From Psammoneis japonica (lineage: Eukaryota), in contig QPGO01000130.1 in the NCBI GenBank assembly GCA_008632985.1, positions 62,001 through 126,000 of the forward strand: a stretch of 64,000 nucleotides of DNA. Direction: 5' to 3'. How positions within the stretch are numbered: the stretch's first letter is position 1; every line of letters begins with the position of its first letter. Positions 38,201 to 47,149 of the stretch are shown piece by piece. The notes below the pieces were generated by a model. That model saw only the letters and a list, made by a program, of their open reading frames with translations, made no database searches and was not told the DNA's origin. Made by a program: the position numbers and the translations under genes.

Positions 38201-40653
38201 ACCGCATCGGCAGGCAGGAAGCCAAAGTGAGGCCGAAGAGACTCGAAGGGGGGGTCCTTGGGCTGTACAGTGCGCTCCGGAGGTGGAACGTCATCGCCCT
38301 GGGGGCCAATCGCATGCAGATGACACTCGTAGAACACGTCGTCGTTCGGAATGAGGTGATCATCGAGGGCGGACGCGTGATCGGCAGACAAGGAAGCGGA
38401 CATGATGGTCTCGTTGACAACGACACGATGACGGTGGTTGCCGCATTCGTCAAACAGGTTGGCAGTGGGATCGTCCTGCAGGTCAGAGATCGCGTCGCAC
38501 CACTGGTCGTCGTCAGTGACAGAGTGATCGAGGACGGAAGGGTCCCATGTGTCATCACTGGTGAGGATGACATGGGGCAGGGTGTCCCATTCGGCGTCAG
38601 TGTAAGGTCGCATGGCAACACAAGGCAGGCCAGCCTTGACGTCAATGGGGATGACATGGCCATCAGGAGTGGCAATACGTTGCAAGCCGTTGGGCACCCT
38701 GACAGAGCGATCGTTGACATCCTGGTTGTGCCATTCGAGCTGGCCGCAGGAATGGATGGTCTTGCCCTTTCCCGTGCATGCATGCTGATGGAGGATGGCG
38801 ATGACGGGACCACGCTGGGTCTCAATAACGGCACCAGCAGTGACAATGGGGATGTCCACCAATTGATGATCGTCAATGCCCTGAACGTCGACTTGGCGAG
38901 AGGTGCGTGCAATGACGCGAACGTCGTCGCCAGCAATGCCGCCGTTGGCCCCACGATCGACTAGAGCGCCAGTGCGTGTGGAGCGATGAGCAGAGGCAGA
39001 GCAAATGACATTGTGGTTGTCAACGCGGCGGCAAGTGCGGCCGTTAAGTTCTGTGTCATCTGCAGAAGCTGGCGGGGTAGAGGAAGCGGCGGATGGCCCC
39101 GGTCGACTGGCATTGGGGGCTTGGTTAGGAGACAACAGACGTTGCAGATCACCGGGTGGCAGTGGCTTGCGCTTGGTGAGGTGCGCCAGGATGGGATCAT
39201 CCGAAGTGGCGTCCACATGTGGAGCGGAGTCACCAGAGTCAGCAGGAGTCGTGTTGGACAAGTTGACATCACCGTCACTCCCAAGGCGTTGGTCGTGAAG
39301 GTTGGCCGTAACAGACTCATGGCAGTCACTGGCTCGCGGGTTGCGGGGAGGTGGACGAGAATGCTCAAGGATGATCACCTTGGAGGAATCGGGCAACGAA
39401 TCCCAGAGCCGTTGGTGGTCGGGAGGGAGACGTCTCCATTGGACACCGGTGAGGCTGGGACCGCGGGTGCAGGCAGCATTGGCTTGAAGGACGTCAATGT
39501 CGCTGTCAATGTCGTAGAACACATCGTCGGATGGTTCCTCGGAGCAGACGTCGTGTGCGTGTGTGGCGCGTCGGGGAGCTCGAGGTGTCGTCTTGGGTTG
39601 AAACGTGCTGTCACACTGAGCTGCCGCGGAGAGGAGCAAGCCACAGTGTTGATCGCATGTGAGGCTCTTGCCACTCTGCGTACGATGCTGATCAGCTTGG
39701 TTCTTGACAGCACGGAGTTCCTCGACAGGGTGCACGGCATTCTCGAGCATGACGCGCTTCTGTCCTTCAGAGAAGTGGTCACTGGCCGGGATGAGTGCCT
39801 CGCACTTGCGCAACTGATCTTGCCAATGAAGGATGAACCCGTGGGTCGGACCTTTCCAAGTGCCATCACCAAGACGCGCGGTGGTGAGGTGCGTGAGCAG
39901 GGTGGAGGACTCGACAGATGCGCGGGTGGAGGCAAGCGCGCACTCAGACAAGGAGCGGCAGATGGTCTGTGCGTCAGAAGACCCCACATTTTCGCGAATG
40001 AGAGCCTTGCCCTTGTCGGTGAGAAGGATGCGTTCGAAGACGGCGAACATGTGCTTTTGCTGTTCAGCAAAGAGCAGTTTGTCTTCGGGGCTGGTCGGTT
40101 TGTACGACGAGTCTAGAATGCACTCGACGTCTTGGGCACGGGCTTGTGCCACAAGTGAGGTGTGCCAAGTGTGCCACTGCTTGTCGGATTTGAGCGCCGT
40201 GAAAGCGGTGGGATCACGCTTGATGCCTCGCTTGAAGTCCCGCACCGGGTCGCGTGCCTTGGTCGGGTTGGTGACATGTGGAGGTGCAAGGGGTGAGCTG
40301 CCGATGGACACAGAAGACATGTGGTCGGGGCTGAGGCGGTGGGCAAGGAACTCGTCATGCATGAACAAAGAGGAGTTGTTGGCAACGTCAAGACCTTTGT
40401 GTGCTTTGACAATGTACAGACTGACTAGTGCTGCTAACATGTTCTTGTGACCATGGGGCAAAGGGATTGCATTGGTGCCGTTGTCGCACTCAAGCGAGTC
40501 GATTTGGGACGGCATGAACGTGAATGGTTCCTGATGCGAGTCCATGCCGTCTTGGGCCAAAGCCAAACGAAGAGGACTCCCAGCACCTTGGGCAAGCACG
40601 GTTCCAACCACGTGCTCGAAACCATCGGTTTGTTGCTGACGAGTGAGAACCAT
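35182..40653 (-). CDS. Copia gag-pol polyprotein (hypermutated, RNase H core deleted, probably non-functional)
   Basis: FKRGIKRD; protease ALVDRGANGG; integrase ATDT..LISDRAQVE..SEPHQQHQNFAERR; RT DVKHDGRHKARLVA, KALCGLRSSG, YVDD; RNase H end FGDNKSVV, NPADILSK. Confidence 0.93.
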   Translation of the reverse strand: MVLTRQQQTDGFEHVVGTVLAQGAGSPLRLALAQDGMDSHQEPFTFMPSQIDSLECDNGTNAIPLPHGHKNMLAALVSLYIVKAHKGLDVANNSSLFMHDEFLAHRLSPDHMSSVSIGSSPLAPPHVTNPTKARDPVRDFKRGIKRDPTAFTALKSDKQWHTWHTSLVAQARAQDVECILDSSYKPTSPEDKLLFAEQQKHMFAVFERILLTDKGKALIRENVGSSDAQTICRSLSECALASTRASVESSTLLTHLTTARLGDGTWKGPTHGFILHWQDQLRKCEALIPASDHFSEGQKRVMLENAVHPVEELRAVKNQADQHRTQSGKSLTCDQHCGLLLSAAAQCDSTFQPKTTPRAPRRATHAHDVCSEEPSDDVFYDIDSDIDVLQANAACTRGPSLTGVQWRRLPPDHQRLWDSLPDSSKVIILEHSRPPPRNPRASDCHESVTANLHDQRLGSDGDVNLSNTTPADSGDSAPHVDATSDDPILAHLTKRKPLPPGDLQRLLSPNQAPNASRPGPSAASSTPPASADDTELNGRTCRRVDNHNVICSASAHRSTRTGALVDRGANGGIAGDDVRVIARTSRQVDVQGIDDHQLVDIPIVTAGAVIETQRGPVIAILHQHACTGKGKTIHSCGQLEWHNQDVNDRSVRVPNGLQRIATPDGHVIPIDVKAGLPCVAMRPYTDAEWDTLPHVILTSDDTWDPSVLDHSVTDDDQWCDAISDLQDDPTANLFDECGNHRHRVVVNETIMSASLSADHASALDDHLIPNDDVFYECHLHAIGPQGDDVPPPERTVQPKDPPFESLRPHFGFLPADAVRRTFDCTTQCARMPTGTHLRKACKSPNPALNVHRRNEPVATDTVHADTPAVDSGCTSAQLFVGTESTVTDVCGTETDKEFVNTLEDQIRERGAPSKLISDRAQVEISNKVLGILRALFISSWQSEPHQQHQNFAERRCQTVKRMANTVMDRFGSPAHAWLLALMCVCFMLNHAASPRLHWRTPLETLTGSTPDISPLLRFHWWEPVHFHLDDSDWPSESHELRGRFVGIAEHVGHQMTFKILSDKTQKILCRSNVRSATPDPAVRNLRLDPPDGEPPEPIIKSRHDDNPVDSPDGEIRTPKMPVFDPQDIIGRTFLMQPQEDGQRHRARIVKAVEDHEWKVNGNPELTKFVCSVNNDECEEVLACNDIMNHIEQEDEDTTVWKFRRIVSHEGPLKPHDPTWKGSSYNIMLEWESGEITSEPLAIIAKDDPVTCAIYARENGLLDTDGWKRFRTIARRQKKLFRMANQAKLRSFRTAPRHKCGHEVPRNCEHAMSLDEHNGNRKWGDATGFKMDQLEECKVFHDCGPSESSTPPAGHKKIRVHPVCDVKHDGRHKARLVADGHLTDAPVDSVCSGAVSLRGLRLMIFLAKLNELETWATDIGNACLEATTKEKLYIAAGPEFGKLEGHILVIHKALCGLRSSGLCWHERFADCLRAEGFFPCRAEPDIWMRRNGDHCECIAVYVDDLAIAMKDPQSFVDTLTEKHKFKLKGPGPIEFHLGCDFSREPDGTLCLSPRKCIECMVDSCARLFGEKPATNALSPLEKGDHPELDTSELLGPDGIHKFQSLVGSLQWAVSLGRIDIATAVMSLSGFRAAPRQGHLDRAKRVCGHLSKMRHGALRVRTEEPDCSDLPAPACEWMHSVHGEAEEMIPKDAPPPLGKFVTATHLGVPIRDVSCMFGDNKSVVDSATIPHSKLHKRHTAPSFHRVRGAIASGHLEFHFIEGSRNPADILSKHWGHSQIWDLLRPLMFWNFIPSEVESVSVAPQANWGVTGFEQDLGAREVSRAV

Positions 40654-41596
40654 GGCAGACGAAAGTGGTGTCAGGACAATCAATTCTGGTTGGGAAGCGA
40701 AGGTAGACTCGAAACTTGGGTGAGAATAGACTTGACTTGAAATGGACTTGACTTGAAATCTTGAACTATCTTAAAATCAGAAGTCGCCGGGCTTTGTCAT
40801 CCCGTTCGTTGTCAAGTGCTAAACTTCCCATCCGGTCCGCAGAGTTGTGCCGGCACGTCCGAACCCGCAGCTGGTGGCGCTTTGGGTTGCTTGCGAGCGG
40901 AGTAGCGGGTTGTAAACCCCTGCAGGTAAGCTGACTAGAGGTGGACAAGACCCCCGAACCGTTCTTGTTTTATGTCGGTTGGATTTCCCGATCAGGCTGG
41001 CCAGTTGATGCAGGCGTCAGGCGCTGTGGACGAACGAACAAACGCGGGAAAGCACCCTCGCCCCAACGCAGGCTGTAATCACGGCTACCTGCTCTCACAG
41101 TCGTCCTCGTGGACCTAGTGGAACTGTAGAGCACCAGCAGTCCGGGGCAGATCAGGTGCAATGGACTCGGTGTGCTTGTAGAGTGGCAGCAAAACCGCAG
41201 TCCGAAGAGTGGATAAAGGTTCTTGGCCGTGAAGATGTGCACATATACATGTGCATGTCTTCAGCGACTAAGATCCTTGAACATGTAGGGTTCTTGACCG
41301 TTAACCGAGGAATGGGCACATCAAGGGATGTTGATCAAGGATAGACTTGGATATGACCGTTGAACGTGAGTCTTCAGCGATCAAAGGTAGTGTGATCAAT
41401 CCAGATATCCAGCGGTAAGGAGACTTGACGGTGACGTTAACTTCCTGCCGATGCCCTGGCATTGAATGCGCGTAGACTTGCCGATGTATGTAGAATGTAT
41501 ACGGAGGTCCACGTAGAATTGAAATGGCGTCGTTGGTAAATCAACGACGACGATGGCGGTTGCTCAATGGGTTGACAATGAGCAAGACTGTTAATC

Positions 41597-41872
41597 TGAC
41601 AGAAAATGAAGGCAAATGGCAAGAATTCAAACAACAACTCCTTGCTGCTGTCTAAACAGCAGATGAGTCTCCGCTCAGAGACCGTTGCAGGAGCCGAAAG
41701 ACGTGTGAGTCGGTGCAATCGGGCCACTGTTGTTGTTCTTGTGAGCCTTGTGGCTCGAAAGCAAACTACATCGCGCGTGAACGCGTGGAACTAAAGCACA
41801 CAAAACTGTGCACGGTAAACTAAACAGCGCGCGACACTTCACGCGCACCCAAATCCTGTTCAAATCCTGTCA
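41597..41872 (-). repeat. Copia 5' LTR
   Basis: Matches 34959-35234. Confidence 0.95.
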
Positions 41873-42116
41873 CGCAGAAAGGCACGGAATGCCCATCTCG
41901 TGCGTTGGACCATCCGGATCAGCAGGGTTGTTGCGCAGCTTGAACGTCTGGTGCTCGCCCTGCTGCAGCTCTTTCTTCTCCGGCCGTGCGAACGGAGTCG
42001 GCGGCTTGGTCCGCTTCTTCATGGTCATTTTAAGATTTGTCGGTCCCACCAACATTTCGCAGTTTCGTTTCTGTGGATTTCGTCACCTTGCACAACATGC
42101 GGGAGTGACATCACTG

Positions 42117-42547
42117 TGCCCTGTGCATGTGCCAGGTGCTGAAAAGAAGATGTGTTGCGACTTTGTCGTTGTGAAAATTGTGAGCCAGTTTAGAGCAGAG
42201 AAAGTGGGATCGTGCAAACAGGGAATCTTGCCAAAATCCCATTCGTTCGCATTTGGATCGCATCAAATCGATCGTGCGTTCGCATTGTGGATCGTGCGAA
42301 TCAAGCCATCACGCACTGTGCACGAGTGATGTCATCGTGTGGAATCAGGCTGCCATCGTGGGCCAGACGACGGGCCAGTGTGCTTCACACGGATGCTCTC
42401 TTGGCATCCTTCTGGAATTGCCTGAGACCCAGAGCCATGCCCTCCTGTGGCCATGCTTCCCAGGTGCGTGTCAACAATGCCACGTTGCCACGTGCAAGAG
42501 GCTCATGCACGGTCTCGCCGTGTTGCCCAGTGGCGAGGCATGCTGCA
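42117..42547 (-). repeat. Gypsy 5' LTR
   Basis: Matches 30346-30775; followed by TSD GGAG. Confidence 0.9.
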
Positions 42548-42551
42548 GGAG

Positions 42552-43550
42552 GCCAAGCAGAAAAAATGCAGTCTCAAGCAAAGCAAGTCTCACTTTGAGA
42601 TTTTTCATGTGGTGAGCTGGCAGATGAGCTTGATCTTCAGCTGAGTGATTGTCATCATTGCAGCACATGTGGCCATTGTGTGCTGCACTCTCAGGGGGGC
42701 ATGTTGCCTGTCTGAGCACACCAGAAAGGATGCACTTCAAGCACAGACAATTTTGCTCAATCACAAAATTCCTTTTTTTGTTGGTGATCATTGGCTTCTT
42801 GTGTTGACCACCACCTGAAATTTTTCTGTTGCAGGGGCTTGTGCACCACAGGAGAGCTGGGCTCAGTGTTGCACGACATCCCACCTCTGGGGCTGGAATG
42901 TGTCGGGTGTGTGGCATCATCTCAAAAATGCCTGCTGCTGCTCAGGCCCCACAAAGTGTTGGCAGAGGGGCCACACACCACCTGCCAGTGACACAAGCAT
43001 GTGTTGCTTGTGCAGGGGGCTGGCGCAGGCTTGTGCTGGCTCAGCACAGTGGCTGGCGTGGCCAGCAGCAGCCTGGCTCTTGACACCAAAGCATGACAAA
43101 ACAACATGTGAACCCACTGCTGTTGCACTTGTCTCTCCATCAACACCACTCCATGAAGAAAAAACCTGAAACCTGCAGTGGCGAGAGTGTGCGCCCCAGT
43201 GATGCGCCAGCTCTGGTGCGCACCTGGAGACACGTGGCTCAACCACTTTTTGTCAAAATGGGCCCCAAAACATGCCAGACACAAAACATCTCATTGTGGC
43301 ATTGTCATGAGGGGACAGTGGGGTTGTCAACTTGCAATGACACACCAGCGTCCCGGCGGGTCCAAGTGTCAGTGTTCTCACTGTGCAGAGCTCCGCGGCC
43401 CGCCAGACTCAGCGCTGTTCAAAAATGAGCTTGTGGCTCTCTGTGGTGCATGACAAACACACCAGCCTGTGACAGCATTTGTTGGAGATTTTCTCTGGAC
43501 AGCAACTTGTCCAAAGAACAGGTTGTGCACAGACATTCGTGTTGAAACAA
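42552..43550. mobile_element. Right part of an older TA-depleted unclassified element
   Basis: TA-free, CG-poor tract. Confidence 0.45.
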
Positions 43551-44001
43551 TCTGTAGATAAGTCAGCGACCACGGGTTTTCGATGCGCACACGCGCTTGC
43601 CTGGGCGGGGGGAGAATTTCCCAAACGCACTGGGGGACAGAACTTCTTTGGACAATTCCGTCCAGAGAAGTATTCCCCCGATCCCCGATCCCCCGATGAT
43701 GCAACGCAGAGCGAGCGAAGAGCGTCATGCGATTGTTCCTGCGACTTCCAACTTCCAACTCTTGTCTGAGTCAGTCACATGCACCATAGCACCTTTATTA
43801 TTTGCAACAGCTGGTCGAGGAAAGAAAGTCAGTCACGCCGAATAAAGAAGCTATTTTATCCATTGCAACTGATACCAGCACATATCAATTTTATATTGTG
43901 CACTGACTCAAAACGGATTTCTTTGTTTCTTCTTACGTGGTGTCAGCCAATCAAGAAACAGTCTCACAATTGACACTAACGCTCTCCCACTCCCGAATAA
44001 C

Positions 44002-45026
44002 ATGAAGATTGCATCTACTCGTAAATATCTCTTGTTGCTTCTCGGAGCGACCGCTTCATCGTCTGTTGCCTTGAACATTGGTGATATTCTGGGCATTGAC
44101 TGTGAGTCGACCTCCAGCATTAGTGATTTGGCGGCGTGTGCAGACAAGGCGCTCAAGTCGTGGTTGGAAGATGTTGGCGATTATCTCGATGTTGAGTGTC
44201 TGAAAACGGCCGGAACCGATTGGGACCTCTTGAACGACTGCGCTGCTGAAACCGCTAGTGCGTCTCTCTCGAAATTGGGAGAAATTACCGGCATTGATTG
44301 CTTGACAGGATCGACCGAATTGTCCGTCTTGGAAGAGTGTGCTCCGAACAGCTGGATCAGTCGCCGAGTGCTTTGACACTTCCGACACTGGTCGAAGGGG
44401 TTGTCAAGTGTGCCAACGAGACCATTGATGGCGTGTTTGGTATTTTGGACGAAGTACCAGACTGTGTCGAAACCACTCTCCAAGCCTTGTCTACGTGTGC
44501 CGAGAACAACGCCGATGCGTGTTCTGGAGACTGTGGAGACGTGTCGCTTTCGCCTCTCAACGCGCTCTCGTACAATGAATTCACTTGCACTGGCCTCCAA
44601 ACCGGACTCATGACGCCGCTCTGTGGCATTGCCTCGTGTTGTACTCCCTGTGTCGCCGACATGGAAGCGTTCGCGCGATGCGTGGCCAACGACGTGTTGG
44701 AGTTGAGCGATACTACCGATGAGGAGTGTGCGCTGAGTTGCCCCGCTACTAACACAGATTCCGAACCGGAGGTACAAGATGTCGATGTCGCGGCGAAAGA
44801 AGGAGGAGGAGCAGTTGACCCAGACTTGCTTGCTGTCTGCGGAACGGATATTCAAGGAGAACGTCGCACCTTGGAGACTATGGAAACCATGATGGATTGC
44901 ACTGCCAAGGGATACGTGAACACTATTCAACAGAACGCTTCCGAAAACTCGAGTGCAAGCCGTTGGACTGGAGTTGCTGGAATGAGTGTCTTTGCGATTG
45001 TTGCCTTTGCCGCAGGCATGTTGTAA
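44002..45026 (+). CDS. Secreted, probably GPI-anchored Cys-rich protein (frameshift at ~44350)
   Basis: Signal peptide MKIASTRKYLLLLLGATASSSVA; GIDC...L..C repeats; CC.PC; hydrophobic C-terminus SSAS..VFAIVAFAAGML. Confidence 0.75.
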
Positions 45027-45799
45027 ACATGTGGTGTGCGGGGCGAAGAAGTGACAGGAGTCACAATCGGATGTAGAGATATACACTACTAGATCGACAT
45101 TTTGAAACGTGTTGAGGATTTAGGAGTTGCAGCAATGAATTTTGGTAGCGGTGAAAAAGAGACAGCTCAGGCAGGCAATCTTCCACTGAAGTTGTACTCG
45201 ATTCATCATCGCAGTGCCTTCCTGTCGAAACAAGGAGAAACCCTATGCTCTCTACTCTAGATGTAGTCATGATACTTCCGCTCCCTGACGGGTTGCACAA
45301 TTTTTGGATGCGAAGAGGTGCTTGATTCATTCATTCGTCGGCCTAATCGCAGTACGTGCAAAAATTCATTCGCTCGAACGAATGAACAAACAACGAATTG
45401 TGATTCTGCGGCGTGCCAGAGAAGCGCAGGAATGAGTGCTGGCAATCTCTCCAAATCGAACTATACGAGTAGTAGGTGTCAGGATCCGTTGCAATTTCCC
45501 TCTGAAGGAAAGAGCAAGAAAGCTAATTCATAGAAGTAATTAGTTGTTCCATTGTTCTGCTATCATGCTACGATTGGCTCGTCGCAGCCCTGCCGACGAG
45601 GAAAGGGTGCGTAAAGGAGCTGTTGGCGATACGTTTTGACACCAGAAGGATGAATCTTTTTCAGTAGAGTTATTTATAGGTGTTGATACCCAACATCAAT
45701 TGACAGTACAATACTCTACGATGCAATAGTCTAGTAGTCTAATTCTCAAATCATCATCTCACAGAGTCAATTACATCAAATCTTGTCAAAACGTGCCAA

Positions 45800-47047
45800 T
45801 CACCAGAAGTTCCTCCTCTTTTTATTGGAGTTCTCGTTGGACCAGGGATACAGCCTTTTGAAAGTGGCTGCGGATTCGTCAGCTTCTTTGTTGCCATCTT
45901 TATCCTGGCCTTGAAAATCGAATTGCTTGCACTGTATCACCTTAAGAATGAACTTGAGTGTTTTAATCAAGCAAAGGTTTTTCTTCGTCTTATCAAGGGT
46001 GCTGAGAAGCTGGTCCAGCGAATCCTGGCAACCTTGAAGCAACGGCGTTTGCAATGATTCATCTTCTTGTTGAAAAATCTGGACAAGAAACTCCTTTGCC
46101 GGTAGACGGCTGTTTTAAGGTAGGCTTTGCAAGGTCCATTAGCTTTGAACCTTGCTTCTACATCGAGAGCACAATCGCACGTTTCTGCCTTGTACTCATT
46201 CATCCTACGCTTTACTACTCGCCCCCATTGTCCACACTCACCACAACAATCCCAATCTCGACAGGGACACTCGCCCCTGTCGGGGCCTTCGACAATGTAC
46301 GAGTCAATGCCCTCGCATTCGCAGTGCTCGCCTTTCACCCAATCATCAAAGCACAGGGTTTTCTCAGCATCCGTTGCCTCGAGAATCGAAGTCATCATTT
46401 CACAAGCTGTTTCTCGAGCCGTGGACACAGCCAACAGGCGACTGTGGGCCACGTCATCAAAGTGTGCACGCAAGACTCTGGGGAGCTTGAATTTAGAAGA
46501 AAGCGATCGCTTCACATTGGCTTCCTCTTCCAGCACCTCTGCCATTTCCTCCAGTCTACTCATCTTCTCTTTCACATCCTTGGCGAATTGAACAATCTCC
46601 TCTTTCTTCACGCTTGCCTTTTTAAATCATGCGTTGGGATCTTCTTCACCATCTGCTTGAGTTCCTTTTTGAGTTCGAGGTGAGACTTTGCACCCTCGGT
46701 GCACAAAACCTTTCCTCCGTTTTTCGTTTTGCCGCAACCGTGTCGATCAAGCTTGAGATGTTCTCAAGCCATTGCTCATTGTCACCAGAGCAGTCATCGT
46801 CATCTTGCATTTCCATGTCGAACGAACCAAGTTCGAAGGCCTCTGGAGGTGGCACGACTTTGGTGATCTCGACCGGGTTGTCGTCATGATCCTCTTCTGA
46901 TTCTACATCATTGCAGTGTGGATCATGCGATTCATGCTTTCTCTCAGCCTTGGTGGCCAACTGCTTTCTCGGGACCATGGATCCCGTGTGTTGTCGGGCA
47001 GTCTTGAACCTTGGCAACTTGCTCCTGCTGCTTCTTTTGCACATCAA
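45800..47047 (-). CDS. Unknown protein with N-terminal histone H3 tail-like motif, acidic stretch, coiled coil and Cys cluster (about 3 frameshifts)
   Basis: ORFs 46646..47047, 45967..46611 and 45800..46054 are contiguous across small indels; motif [25 protein letters not shown]. Confidence 0.6.
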
Positions 47048-47149
47048 GCTGATTCTTCCCTTGCTGGGTGGCTTTGCTGCTCTTCACAACCGTCAATTTT
47101 GTTGGCCTCACACGTTACAACACCTCCTTGTTCAGCTTCCTCCGATGTG

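Larger units (their letters stand above)
34959..41872 (-). mobile_element. Ty1/Copia (CoDi-like) retrotransposon with both LTRs, nested in Gypsy gag
   Basis: 276-bp TG...CA LTRs 34959-35234 and 41597-41872; 5-bp TSD CGCAG (34954-34958 and 41873-41877); PPT aaactggggag; single gag-pol ORF. Confidence 0.96.
30346..42547 (-). mobile_element. Full-length Ty3/Gypsy LTR retrotransposon interrupted by a nested Copia
   Basis: Direct-repeat LTRs 30346-30775 and 42117-42547; 4-bp TSD GGAG (30342-30345 and 42548-42551); PPT at ~30778-30786; gag (42055-41873 plus 34958-34074), protease LLDSGAS, RT (THSDDLL for YIDD), RNase H (TTERELLAIV, DHKNL), integrase (H..LCHPG..C..C), in Gypsy order. Confidence 0.93.

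Noticed and set aside
35182..40653. Alternative genetic code (Cys/His codons read as Tyr)
   Set aside because: Neighbouring genes and the protected island use TAY normally, and non-coding LTRs show the same changes.
35444..40740. Long antisense and alternative-frame ORFs over the Copia (e.g. 38986..40116, 37776..38954)
   Set aside because: Shadow ORFs of a stop-poor, GC-rich sequence.
30346..42547. Classical RIP or CpG deamination as sole cause of the compositional anomaly
   Set aside because: RIP would raise TA, CG is still abundant in these elements, and Tyr>Cys/His requires A>G/T>C.
46646..47047. Histone H3 or CenH3 gene
   Set aside because: Only the tail motif matches; no histone-fold sequence follows in the frames I read.
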